A stretch of 64,000 nucleotides of DNA from Oopsacas minuta (lineage: Eukaryota > Animalia > Porifera). Position 1 is the first letter of the stretch; each line of letters starts with the position of its first letter. The notes beneath the pieces are model-generated. The model did no database searches. It was not told the origin of the DNA and saw only the letters and a program-made list of their open reading frames with translations. The position numbers and the translations under genes were made by a program. The stretch is taken from assembly GCA_024704765.1 (NCBI GenBank), contig JAKMXF010000365.1, positions 806,001 through 870,000 of the forward strand, in the 5' to 3' direction. Below, piece after piece: positions 34,146 to 47,800 of the stretch.

Positions 34146-34613
34146 TCAAAATTCGTTAATTCCAAAGAATCTTACTAAATGAAATTGTGGAAGTTTGGGT
34201 AGTACCCCAACTAAGAGAGCAATCATATTTACTATTGAATGGTTGATGGCATATTCTGTGTAGAAGCTTGCAAGTATAAATAATATTACAGGTACAACAA
34301 TTAGCATCTTCTTTGTCCAGGTCATCTGTTTGCCTTTGTCAATCTGTTCCCAGTGAGTGCGGAATTTCATCGCACCCTCGTCTACCGATTCAGTGTCAAA
34401 AGGCGCTCCTTTCACAAAGTGGAAAGCTAAATATGAAGAAAATGAGTGTAACGCATTTGTGAGTGTCCATGCTACCGCAGTAGAGAAGAAAGGAATACTC
34501 ATTAGAGAGAAATGGAGAATAGCTATTATCGTGAAGTATGTCAGCCAGAATCCACTGTGATTGATCCAGTAGGCGTTTGGGTTCTTCTGTGAGTGAAGTG
34601 AGCCAATTTGCAT
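34146..34613 (-). CDS. ORMDL: ORM1-like protein (serine palmitoyltransferase regulator), single exon, 155 aa
   Basis: NPNAYWINHSGFWLTY, AWTLTNALH, FHFVKGAPF, THWEQIDKGKQMTWTKKMLIVVPVILFILASFYT, PKLPQFHLVRFFGIN: the full ORMDL signature. Confidence 0.97.
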   Translation of the reverse strand: MQIGSLHSQKNPNAYWINHSGFWLTYFTIIAILHFSLMSIPFFSTAVAWTLTNALHSFSSYLAFHFVKGAPFDTESVDEGAMKFRTHWEQIDKGKQMTWTKKMLIVVPVILFILASFYTEYAINHSIVNMIALLVGVLPKLPQFHLVRFFGINEF

Positions 34614-36432
34614 ATTATGTCAAATAATGCTAAATTGTAAATTAATGAATAAAAATGTTACATAGCTCAAAGTCAGGGTTTATAATTAATTGTATATTAA
34701 AAGGTCATTATCCCTGTACAAGTACATCATTTGAGAGCCAAACCCCTTCATATTCCTCTACTAACAGCACACTATGTCTGAAATATTTCTTGTATAGCAA
34801 TATAGAGTAGAACATTAGTTACACGAACACTATATTCCAAGTAATTCTTACTAATGAGTACATATTTATATACTTTAGCAGTCCCCTTCAATGCTTTTTC
34901 AATTAATTTGATTTTACGTAGGACAATAATACTCGAGTTAAGCAGATAAAGAGTAGAAAATATGATAGTCCACTGTTGTAGTATAACGAGAGTGTCTCTA
35001 CATATTAAACTATTAAACTAGAACAGTGCAAATACACGAGCACTACCCTAAAGGCCTAGACTAATGTTCCATTATACAAAATACATTAATTTATATTTGT
35101 AGCTGTTTGAAATTATATAAACTTTGTAGTGAAATTAGATAGAATTGCTTGTTCAGCAATTTAATATTCGGTACAATTCTTTCATATGAATATGAACAGC
35201 CTAATCAGAAAGATCATTTTATGACGTTCAAGCTGATTTTCTGGTGTAATTATCTTGTAACTAGATACTGTAGGTAGTCACAATGTTGTATTACATTATT
35301 GACGTAAATAGGATCAATTCATTAACACGACTTTCACTAGCTAGAATCCACAACCTGTACATTATTATCTTGCAGTATTACGTTATTAATTACATGTTAG
35401 TTAATATACATCATTGTGATACGTCATATCTCTAATTGTGTCAGTCATTGTATTCCTCGATAACGTTTTCTAATTATTGTGAGTTTATAAAGCACATTAT
35501 TTAAACAGGAAAGTGGCTGCGTTAATATCAGCTATATGTAAGCAAAATAAATAAAAATTGCTTGTATAGTAGCCTCGGCGATTAATAATTCAGCACCCCT
35601 AGGTGAGAGAGGAAATACGACTATTACTGTAAGGTGTACCAGTAGATTATTAACTACTCATAGAATGGGTTATTCAGTGTAGGCGATTATTTGTTATGCA
35701 CAAACACCTATATCTGCTATATTATGCGGAACTTACAAATTGAAATTTTGTAGACAAGTGTGATATATAGGCAAAATTGCGCCCTTATATGGGCTTTCCT
35801 AATTCGCTTGTCTACAAGATTCGAACATAACGGACCATTCTGATACCCTATTCACGGAACGGAACGGACAACTTTTTCTTGATGAAAGTTCGAAAATCAC
35901 AGAATATTGTAGAACAACAATTGTCAAACATTTGTTATGACATTTCACGTCAATGGCAATCAATATGTAAAATTTGCATCCGATATCCACAATATTTGAG
36001 GAATTCCGCCTAGAAACATTCCCTCTCTAGTTTTAGATCTCATTTCCTTTGGGAGGGAGGTAGTTATCCTGCCCGAAAGGTGGTTCATATAATATTCGCG
36101 ATTAGAATGATGAAAAGCTGTTCATGCGGTATTACTAGATATTTTATAGATTTCGCTACGAAATTACAAATTTAATTAATCAATGGATTGACACCAGCAG
36201 ACATGAATGAATTTTAAACTGAACTATTTTCTATTGCTATAATTATTAACAATATGGGTAAATATTGGTGGTTAAAACACGTATTATGACTCAATAGCCA
36301 CCATTGATTACGCTATTAATAGTTCTATTTTAGATGTTACGCATCTATGACTATGACTATGAACATTACAGATTTACGCTATAAATAAATGAGCGCACTG
36401 AATTTGCAAATATTTTACAAAGTTTTCTAACG

Positions 36433-38712
36433 ATGGAGATATCAGAATCTAACTTATATTCAGTCGAAAAAGTGAACTTGGAAGAATCAGGATTGCAAGC
36501 GAAATATCCTTCAGAACCTGTGATGATATTCGAATCAACAAATCCGCTAGATCTTGGTCAGATGTCTGCACTCGCATTTATTGAATGGGTAATTGAGAAT
36601 CCGAAAGGAGTAATCTCTCTGCCAACCGGCAAAACTCCTGAATTCATGATTCGCTGGCTGAGTCACTATAAACGGTATGGATATCCTGGTCATGATAGTA
36701 AGCTGTGTGCATTCCCCAATACTTCTGAGCTTACATTTGTGCAGATGGATGACTTTTTCCCAGAATCTCACAACAGCTTCTATAGGTACATAAAGCAATT
36801 CTATCAACCGCTACTTGAGATTCCTGACGAGAGAATTATGACTATTCCTACTGAGGAATACTCGCATCTCTTCGCTTCAAGTCAGGAATCGTTTCTTAGC
36901 TTAAGGGAAAAATCAGCTGATACTCTAACAGCACTACAGCAGCAGTTGAAATCTGCCTTAGAGGAAATGGATGATAAATGTCACCAGTACGAAGAGAGGA
37001 TCAAATCTCTAGGTGGGATAGGATGTGCCTTCTATGGGATTGGCCCTGACGGACATATTGCATTTAATATGCAGGATTGTAAATGTAATGTTACTCACAT
37101 AACAGAGCTGAATTATCCCAGTGCTGCTACTGCAGCATGCGATTTGGGAGGCATTCAAAATGCTCGCAATAAGTTAGCATGGACTATAGGTACAGACACG
37201 ATAAGTTATGCACTCAAAACAAATCCTAAATCTAGAGCATTCCTCTGTGCAGCTGGACAGAAGAAAGCTGACGTCATAGCTCATACACTGTCCAGTCATG
37301 TGTCTTCCCACTACCCAGCTAGTTGTCTGCATGGATTACCAGGAGCAAGGTACTATCTTACACACAGTGCTGCTACTCAGATAGAATCAAGGAAGGCAGT
37401 ACGTCTGTTAGCTTATGAGAAAGGCATGTTACCTGATAGTGTTATCGATGAGATAGTGTGTCATATAGCCTTACAACACCACACGGAAATACTCAATATT
37501 ACGTCAGAACAGTTGAACTCTACACTAAGTGGTAGTGCTCTCCTGAAGAGAATAGCTAATCCACTAACTACAGTATTAACTTCAGTACACAATAGAATCC
37601 TATCCAAACTATCACTACCTCCCTCTGGTAAAGTTATAGAGGAGAATGGTCCGCATCATGATGACATCATGCTATCTCATGGTACTCTATTAAAGGAGAT
37701 GAGAAACATGGATAATACGTATCACGTGTCCTATGGTACTAGTGGATTCACTGCAGTCAGTAATGAGTATTTGTTTTCTCTGTTAGAAACCGTAGATATG
37801 AAGTTTATAGAAGAATCAGCTGATAGGATATTCGCAGAATCTAAGTATCCTCTTATGGATGTATTCAAGCAAGCATTCATTAACAAACAAGCCGATGAGA
37901 TGGCTCGTATTGAGAAAGAATTAATGCTATTTTCCCTGAAGAAAGTATACAATTTGACATCAATTAAAGAAGTGTTTGAACAGTTACAAATCGTATCAGA
38001 CTATCTACATGCTGCTCCCCCTGGAGCTAAGGATAATGAAGAAGTACAGCTGTTCAAAGGTACCATCAGGGAGTTGGAAGCAGAACGTATGTGGCATCTA
38101 CGAGGTGTACCATTAGAGCATATACAGCACATGAGGCTATCCTTCTACAAAGGTGATTTATTTAATCCACAGCCCTCTGAAACAGATATATTAGCGTTTG
38201 GAGACCACATAGATAATATCCGACCAGATATTCTCACTGTTACATTTGATCCCGAGGGCTCCGGACCTGACACACACTTCAAGAATCTACAAGCTTTTAC
38301 AGAGGGTATTCGTATGTACTCAGAACGTTGGCTAGAAGAGGGATACAACCCAACCATTTGGTGCTATAGGAATGTATGGTTCAAATTCACAGCAGCTGAG
38401 ACTTCTCTCATCATGCCAACAACACGTAGTGACATGCTAGAGAACCATGAAATATTCATGAAGTGTTTCTCAAGCCAAGCACGTGCTGAGTTTCCTGATC
38501 CTGATCATGACGGACCATTCACAGAGAAGTGTATTATCCTACAAGAGCAACAACTACAAGATATAAAGACCTTACTCGGTGCTTCTGTTATAGAAGAACA
38601 TACTAGTGTGAAGTTCCGCAATGCATCAGGACTAGTGTATATTCAACAGCACTCCTTAGAAGAGTATTTAGCTACTGTCGGAGCTACTATCAAGACCAGG
38701 ATAGTACAGTAA
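36433..38712 (+). CDS. Glucosamine-6-phosphate deaminase (NagB) fused to a PIG-L/LmbE-family deacetylase domain, bacterial-type architecture, single exon, 759 aa
   Basis: NagB motifs ISLPTGKTPE, FVQMDDFFP and GIGPDGHIAFN in the N-terminal half; PIG-L-type PHHDDIMLS and DPEGSGPDTHFK, then WCYRNVWFKF, in the C-terminal half. TATAAA at 36380-36385. Confidence 0.88.
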   Translation: MEISESNLYSVEKVNLEESGLQAKYPSEPVMIFESTNPLDLGQMSALAFIEWVIENPKGVISLPTGKTPEFMIRWLSHYKRYGYPGHDSKLCAFPNTSELTFVQMDDFFPESHNSFYRYIKQFYQPLLEIPDERIMTIPTEEYSHLFASSQESFLSLREKSADTLTALQQQLKSALEEMDDKCHQYEERIKSLGGIGCAFYGIGPDGHIAFNMQDCKCNVTHITELNYPSAATAACDLGGIQNARNKLAWTIGTDTISYALKTNPKSRAFLCAAGQKKADVIAHTLSSHVSSHYPASCLHGLPGARYYLTHSAATQIESRKAVRLLAYEKGMLPDSVIDEIVCHIALQHHTEILNITSEQLNSTLSGSALLKRIANPLTTVLTSVHNRILSKLSLPPSGKVIEENGPHHDDIMLSHGTLLKEMRNMDNTYHVSYGTSGFTAVSNEYLFSLLETVDMKFIEESADRIFAESKYPLMDVFKQAFINKQADEMARIEKELMLFSLKKVYNLTSIKEVFEQLQIVSDYLHAAPPGAKDNEEVQLFKGTIRELEAERMWHLRGVPLEHIQHMRLSFYKGDLFNPQPSETDILAFGDHIDNIRPDILTVTFDPEGSGPDTHFKNLQAFTEGIRMYSERWLEEGYNPTIWCYRNVWFKFTAAETSLIMPTTRSDMLENHEIFMKCFSSQARAEFPDPDHDGPFTEKCIILQEQQLQDIKTLLGASVIEEHTSVKFRNASGLVYIQQHSLEEYLATVGATIKTRIVQ

Positions 38713-38897
38713 TAAGCTTAATTATAAGATAGTAGATAAGTATTATAGTTTGTTAATCACCAAAAATGGATAATTACTCTGTATTCTGGTATATATGACT
38801 TTACTCATACAAATAAGATAATTTGATATATTTAAATATTACATAATGAATCAACATAGGTTGTAAGCTGACTGGGTTACCATATCTATAGTACTTC

Positions 38898-41800
38898 TCA
38901 AGGAGATGCTGTCAAATCTTCTAAGATATCTTCATCTTCAATCTGACTCTGTTGCGGAGACAATTGAGGCTCTGCTGATGCTTCAACAGATAAGCCTAGA
39001 GCCTTAGTGATACTCTCCATAGTCTTCTTACTGATATAGTAAGTTAGGATTACTGAAGTATTTCTACTCTTTAGTTCCTCAATTAATGTGTAAGCTTGTT
39101 GATGGTCTCCTATTTGATAGCACATGGTATGTAGAATTGTAGATGCTTAACATCTGGTTCAGTAACGACAATATAAGGTGCAAGTTCAAAAACGGTTAAT
39201 CAACTTAAATGTATTAGCTGATAGAATTCGAACTAACTCAATATGATATGGGTACATATTTTATGGAACTTCATCCTAATAGTTCAGGAAATTACAAAAA
39301 TCTTGTCCCAAATTAATGATTAGATTGGAGAGGATCCATCATAGTAAGAACTAAGAAACACATGTATATTTAATGCAATTTTCGAAAACTACATCTACGT
39401 ATCCTTAGGTTACAGTTATATATTTATTTTTCTAAGATTGAACTGTTATGAATATCCATATACGTACGTAATCCCAATACACAAATTACTTACCTGAAGC
39501 TACATAGTACTCCACCAATAGACCATACACATCTCCTACTTTTATAGCAACATCTATCCTAGGATTTTCTAATAAATCTTTACAACAAGAGACAGCTGCT
39601 TGTTGGTCTGTTTGGAATAATACTCTAGCTTCTAGAAACTTTTCTATCAATGCTATCCTCTCCTTGTATAGAGACACCCTTCCCTCTTGCTCCTGAGGGC
39701 TCATATCCTTAGCCTTGGTGATATACTTTAGAGCCTCGCTAAGGGCTCCTACTGCCTTTTCGTAATTCTGGTAATCATCTATCTCTACCTAAATACACCA
39801 GGATATGTTGTATAGTCATTTGTTTAGATTAGTTGTTACTCACAATACCTACGAAATATGTAAACACATATTCTATAGTAAACCGAAATTTGAAATATCC
39901 ATTAACAAATGTCAATAATTCACTAGTCACATCTACTACATATGATACTTCAATTTTATGCCCGTAACAAAGTATAGAAATACTTCTCAATACGATATAC
40001 ATTCAGTGAAACCTGTTACGAAAGTGTTAGTACACTAAATATAATGGAAATTAGATTCCAGCATTGTATTCAGGCTGATACTATCAGTCATGCTATATAT
40101 AGATTGTCAGTTAATACATAGTTTTAATTAATTTCTGTAATATTATCTAATGAATTCAAATATCCTTACCCTACAGGATGTACGATAAACTGAAATTATC
40201 AAATACCTGTGCACAGTGCTCATAGAACATAGCCAAACTATCAAAAGATTTTCCTTTAGTGTAGAACAGTATTATATGCTTCATAATATTAGCATCTTGT
40301 TTCCAGTCAAGAGACTGCAGATAATTAGCTGCCATAACGTAGATCTCTTTCTGACGACTGACATTTGCGAAGAATATAATCTTATCCATGTCACCAGATT
40401 TGAGAAGAGCTTTCATAGCGTTTCTCTTCTGTCCAGCTTGCGTATACTTCTTAGCAGCTAGATGATAAGACTGCTGTCTCATACAGCTGTCTGCTACACT
40501 CTCTAGTATCTTATTTCTGTTAACAGTTGTATTCGTGTCATTTTGATCAGATTTCTCTAGGGTCATTCTCTCAGCTAACTCCTCTGTGATATACACATTC
40601 TGTTTTAAACACAGCTCCAAAGCTTCTAGGTACTTCCCTCCCATTAGCATCAGATCTACTGCTTTATCGCACCTGCATTACACCAATATTACTACAGATT
40701 AATGTTATTATTGCATTACTTACTGTCCAAATTCAATGAAGAACTCAGCACATCTGTTTATGAGAGTAGGATTAGTATTCTGATCTAAATCTTCTACCAT
40801 CTGTCTGAGGGCCTCGAATTGTTGAGTTTTGAAACATAACTCTATTGCGTGACCCAGATTACCACCCTTGTGGTATAGGATAGCTGCTTTTTCGTGATAG
40901 CCTCGTGACTCAAAGTATCTATAATTAAGCGTGTACAATTATACTATCCTAGATTAACTGACAGGATGTCTGCTTCATGTATGTGATATATATGGTGAAT
41001 CGATTGGGGTAAATAATGAATTAATAATTGAGCTAATACTAAATAGTGTTCCTACATACCGAGCTACCCCGAGCATATCAGCTGGTCTAGCGAGCAGGGC
41101 TAGCGTCATGAGCTCAGCCTCTAATCCTGCATCTTTAGCAATTGCAATAGCATTCCTATAGCTCTTAGCTTTAGTGTAGAAATGCATAGCAAGTTGTGCA
41201 TCTTTAGGTTCATATAACTGAGAAGCGAGATGATAGCATGCTGCCTTGTCTCCACATCTCTCAGCATAAGATCTAGCCTTCTCAAACTGTCCGAAATAGC
41301 AGTACATACGAACCAGGGACACGTGGTCTTGAGCAGCCTCGTAGAATTGCATTGCACTATCCATCTCACCTAAAAACAACCTTTATTTTGTATTTATCCT
41401 CTATTATCAATATATCTAACTTCGATTTAACGAGACTTAATTCGTATACATATTAACGCGTTATAACCTAAACTCTCCAGATACTCTCCCCACCACTTCC
41501 TGAGCGGCCTATCCTTAGAATTGAGAATATAATCAGCCAGTTTATCTTGATCTTCAAATAACATCCTCGGTACTTCATTGTGATGAGTATCTGACTTCTC
41601 GTACTCACTGATAGCACCATTTGTATCTCCAATTGATTCTAAGAATTGAGCATTCTTGAAGTGAGTTCTCTTCAAGTGCATTCTACACATGAACAGAGGT
41701 ATTTACAATTACACATAAGATGGAACAAATAAACATAATTCAGTCATCTAGACGAAATATTCCGAGAACCTAGAGATAATATTTTAAATAAGCACCAACC

Positions 41801-44800
41801 GCCTAAGGGACACATTTGTATTTTCATTTGGAGATAATATTTCAGTTCTGTCTTAGTGGAACCATGATTTTACCTACCTGTCCTGACTCTCTCCTACTTG
41901 TATAGCTTTCTCCCATTGCCCTGTAGCTTGGTATAGTTTGTTTAGCAGATCATAACGTCCAGAAGAGGCGTACAACTCCTCGGCTTCATCATACATACCC
42001 AACTGTATTGCTAACATCGCAACTCTTGCTTCAATCTAAATGAGTTGTTTTTACGTAGATATTTGTCTAATAATCAAATATTTTAATCGATAAATTAAAT
42101 TGAAACTACTACGTATGCTAATCTTTAATCTGAATGGTTTTATTGTAAATTGTATAATTCATCCTTTTTGTAGTAATAAAATCTTGGATCTGACGGTGAT
42201 CATCTTTATGAATTATAACATTTTACTAATTACCCTGAGATGAACGAATTAGAGTTGAAATATTATAGTTAAAACAAGTAATTTTCTATATTTGTATTTT
42301 TCTATTGAATATCTACAACATCATTAGTCATTCTTCCTAGAGATTATTTATCAAAAATATTTACAGAACATTCCTTCCTAATTTATGCAATAGATTGTAA
42401 AGCAGGATTAGAATTAATTAATTAACTGATTGCGTTTATAAGTCGTATTTTTGTGTGAAGTTTTGCCTTGATGGAACATATTGGCAATGTGTTCATAGCT
42501 AGGTTTAACCCTTTTTTTTCTCTCGAATTTATTCGCAGAGAATCGACAAGCTATTTATACCTGTTACAGTAATCTCTCGTTAAAACGAAGTGCTCGAGAC
42601 CACAGTTATATCTCGTTATAAGCGGAGTAAAATCAATGACTTTCAAGCTAGTATAGAGGGTAGTACCGTATCGCTTCGTTATAACGTGAGTTTACTGTAC
42701 TATTTTCGTAATCCTACCTCTGGTTCATTTCTTGATTCTCTAAGAGCTCTTGCACCTCTCACATGCTTCATATTACCCAAACAAACAGCTGCTACATCTA
42801 GTCGTCTACTCTTTACACACATCCTTGCCATGTTCTCCCACACAGCCTGACTCTTTATTAGTTTAATGGAGCGGAACGCTGCATCCATGTCTCCAATAGT
42901 TGAGTAGAAACTGTAATCCGACATAGCTTGTATAGACTCTCTATCATTCTCCTGTCAGATTATAATAATCATAAATACGCTTATTTAAGCTTAATTTGTT
43001 CGTGTTAAAAATTGTAAACGAAGTAATAACCAAACTAGCTCACCTCCATTCCGATGAAATCTTTAAGAGGTCTACGTGCTATATCATCCTGTGACGTAAC
43101 AGATTCTCCTCCCTCACCATTATCTCTCCCTCCCCCATGCTTCTGAGTCAGAATATAGTTCGGAACATCACAGCCTATTAATCCTGTAGGATCATACGAT
43201 TATGTCTGTACTGTACGTATTCAAAATAGGTATAAATACTGTATACCAGTACCTAAGTCATTTGGTTGCATTGAGTGGAGGTCGTGTATTACTATGTTAC
43301 TATCTGATGTTACAAACATTGAAATCAACAGTTTTGTATGCATTTTGGCATAGTTTCCTGCTCTCCTTCCCTTTAACTTTCCTTTTTTAGCAAGATTGCT
43401 AAGAGTGTGACTCTCACAGATTAGCAATCTCGGATCTCTAGAATCCCAGAAGTGAGAAATCGGAGCGAGATCTCTCAGCTTGGATATGTGTTCCAGCTAA
43501 TTATAAATATATTGAATTAACCATACATAAATACAATTATTAAAACAGGTATACCTGATCCCTAAACACAGACTCATTGTGTTTAGCGCATCGTTCTGAA
43601 TCGTTTCTCTCACGAGACTCTACATTTGGTGAGTGTATAGCTCCGTTAGATAAGTCTATATGTGCTAAGGTGTCATTCTCTAAGTTCCAGATTAAAAGTT
43701 TGCTATCAGGATACCCTTCCTATTACATTGTGAAACAAAAATTAGTATATACACACTAACTGAGGTATGTCTTATCTGAATATTCTTCTTATGCAATTAG
43801 AATAGATAATCCGTTTTGGAGAAAAGTGTACTAACCTAGAGTACGTCTTCCGAGTACTTCTTAATTACCGAATTATCCGTACTATATTATATTAACAGAA
43901 TTTGGCAAATTACTGCAACCTGACTAACACACTAATTATGTATTGTCAAAGACGCAATTCTGTAAACTAGTTGCTCAATTAACCCTACCAGCTGATTAGC
44001 AATTAAAATATGCTATCACAAACCTTTGTTTGCATAATGATGCTAATTTTGTTGCCTGGAGTATTACACTTTATTGAATGAATTTGTTCAATAGATGGAA
44101 ATATATCAGATAATTTCTTATTGTGTATCAGCTTAGCTTCTCTTCTTGACACATTCCATATACGCAGCCAGTTCTTACTAGTAGCGGCCAGTAAGAATCC
44201 TTTCTCTACGAACATAGCTATGTACTCCCCGTCCCCCTCTGATAACTTGAGGTTTTGTTTCACAGTACCTTGTAGAGTCGTGATCTAATTACAAATGTTA
44301 ATGTATTACATTCGCCATACGTGTACATATAAGGTAATACGCGTAGTAGTATGTTCTAAATATATATTTAAACACACGTATTACATCACTGATAATTGTA
44401 ATATATCTAGTTTCAAGATTTACCTGTAACACATCGGGGAGCATTATAAACACACTCTGATCTAAAAGCATTATATTACTAGACTTGGAAGAGAAAGTAC
44501 CAGCTGGTCTGATGTGTGACTTTCCATGAATTATTTCAAAAACGAGCACTTTATCACCGTCCCAAACTGCTAGATGCTCCCGCGTCACGAATACTCCTTT
44601 TATTTGGATATCTGACCGCATCTTTAAACTGTTGCCTACATAAGGTGAGTTGTTTGTATCAGATCATAATTCACGTAGTTGTAATTATACATTGTAATCA
44701 GATTCAGTAATTATCGCAATCAACACAGGAAAAATTATAGCTTATTATTTAAAATTTTTGAGGTAAATCTATGTAAATTAATTTATACTAAAAATTCTTA

Positions 44801-47800
44801 TTCTTAAAATATATTACAGTTCTAATCAGGTCTTGTCCCATTTCCTAACATGGTGCTTTTCGGACAATCTAATCTACAAAACCTATGTTTTTTGTTACAA
44901 TAATTAATTCCCAAATGGATACGTTTTATCCGAGTTCTACTGTATTTGTTATCCTAAGCTAGCATAAACATAGAAATTTCATGCAACAAGGCAACATACA
45001 TGTACAACAATGTGGAATGAAAAAATATTTCATGCAACATTGTTGCTAGAAAATAGAAGAAAATCACATCATCTACCTGTTAGATGACTAGATATAGAAA
45101 GCTCATGTGCTGATACTTGGACTACTGCCATCTCCTGATTGTAATGAGTACTCATTACGTGTTGCTTCAAAATATACACAGAAGTTGAGTTGTTAGCAGA
45201 GAGAATATCTCTCTTCTTGCAGAAAGCAACCTCGCTTATACATCCAGTCAGTTGTATGGTAGTAAGTGGTTCCCATGCATCTACATGTAATTGATATGTA
45301 ACAATGATAATATACTGTAGTAACGGTATCCTGAGATTACACCCCACACAGCAGCACAGGCTATTACTAGTTAATTTAATTTACTACCTAAAAAATGTAT
45401 TCACTCAACTATTTAAGTAAGAATTGATGTTATCAATTAGAATAAATAACAAAGGTTATAAAACACGTAAGAGACTGTGGGTGGAATTAGCTCAGAGTAC
45501 AAATAATATATTAGTCAGTTTATCATATTGGGTATGGAAATTATACACCAACTTATTTGTAATATTGTATCTTATCTAATATCGAATAATAAAATTCTGA
45601 GGACTTAGCCACAAACTGAAAGTAGGTACAAATGTGCCAAATTTATTATTAGTACTCATTGATCGTATTTCAATGATTTCACCCGATTGGAGATGTATAA
45701 ATTGAAATTAACTCAGTAAAATTGTAAAACCAAATATAAGTCAAAGTAATGGAAGAATCCGCAAAGACGAAGAACTCTGCAGATTCAGATTCTAGTTTCA
45801 GAAGTCGGTTGAATAAATCAGTTTCCTTCAGCAAAGTATTGCCATCACATGAAAGTGTTGTTCCCAATTCAAAGAGGCAGGGGAGACTACGAGCCGCTAC
45901 AATAAGCGATAAGGAGGATTATTGCTTCAGAGACAACTTACACTCTATACGGAGTTATATCAAAAATAAATTTCAAATACTGAAAGGTAGAATCTCTGAA
46001 TTGGAAGATAAAATGCTAGATTCCCTTGCAGAGATAGAGGGAAAATATTCACAGAAACTTCTGGAGAACAAGGAAGCCATGAATAAAATACAAAATCTCA
46101 AAATTATGATTGACGATGTTCTACAGGATAACAGTCTTCAGATAGGAATCAATAATCTCATCAATGATAAGCTAAAACCTAAATCAAGTCCTTCAGAAAT
46201 ATGTGTTACTCTGCAATGGCCAAGAGGGATGGATACTTTTCTCAACCAGCTTGACGACGCTCTCAAAATAACAAAGCACGATGAAGATACGTCACCTCTT
46301 GATTCACCAAGCCCTGTAGAAGTTGTGAGGGTGCAATCTCTCCAGTCCTTCGGTAGGTTGGGACAGGGTATAGAGGACATGGTATCGCCACGCGCTGTTA
46401 CGATTAGCACGGAGGGGTTAGTCTACTGTAGTGATTGGGAGAACAACACGATTATGTGTTTCTCACCTTCCGGAATGTTAAAGTATTCTTTCACTAATGT
46501 AAAGCATCCATATAGTTTATGCGCACACAATAACAGACTGTATGTAACTGAAGCAAATAACTCTTTCCTTAAGGTTGGGAGGGTAGGAAATCATGCTTGT
46601 GTAAAATCGCTAGATCTGAAAGGTAACCTGTTGAATAAGGTAGGGAAGTATGGGTCAAGTAACGGTCATTTCAAGAGTCCTTCTGGCATAACTGTGTATC
46701 AGCTAGTAGATGGGGAGGATAAAGTGTTTGTGTGTGATACTGATAACAACCGATTACAAATATTCAACTCTGATCTGCAATTCGCTAGATTGTTTCTAGC
46801 TGGAAAAGTAAAACAACCAGATGATGTTAAGGTACAGGAAATGAAGGTATATGTGATGGATAAGAGGAACCCTTGCTTACATATATTCACCTTCCAAGAA
46901 GAGGCTCTAGCTAGTATCATTTCTCAAGGACCAGGCAGAGATTTGGAGTCTAGTTACTTCTTCACGCTAGATAAAAGTGGATGTATTGTGTTAGGAGATC
47001 ATGAAAAACATTGCCTCAAGGTATTCACTCCCAATGGCAAGTTAGCTAGGATAATAGGAAGTCCAAATGCCAAGACAGGAGAGTTCTACTTACCTCTGGG
47101 GATAGCACAGTCTAAAGATGATGATCAGATGGCTGTTGTATCGCTGAGGCAAACTGGGTGTGTACAGCTCTTCAACATAAATCTGAGTTTGTTCTCCTTC
47201 TAACTAAATAGTCTTGTACCCAGCGTTATCTCTCTCTATCTCTTTCTCTCCTCAAGCCCCCGATTGTAATAATTGTATATATTACAATTTTATTATTTTT
47301 TGTTTACATTAACTATATTAGTTAACAAGACTTATTTGTTATTATAATGCTATTATCACGCGCTGTCTTATACAATTATTGGATTTTGGGAGAGATGTGC
47401 TGTATAACCATAAAAATGATGCATCACAATCAGAATACCAATTCTTGTAAGCTATCATACGTATTGGCATAACAAACATATCATAACAGAATGATAATTA
47501 TTAACAAGAGTTGTCTTATTTCATTAATTTCTTTTGTATAATTTTGTTTGTTATAATGACCACAATTATAGATTGCTGGGAAAATTGTATGTAGCCAGTT
47601 ATTAGCAACCTAGGGTAGTGGGTAGAAATCCTTTCTTAAATGCACTATATTAATCATAATAAATTCAGTGGCATGGATTTAGCTACCCTAGGGGTCCGAA
47701 TAAACCGGGGCTACCGCTGATTAATTTCTAGATTTCCTGCACCCCCGCGCTTATTCAACCCCCCCCCCCACCCGTTTATTCGGATCCCTAGAGTAGAGAT

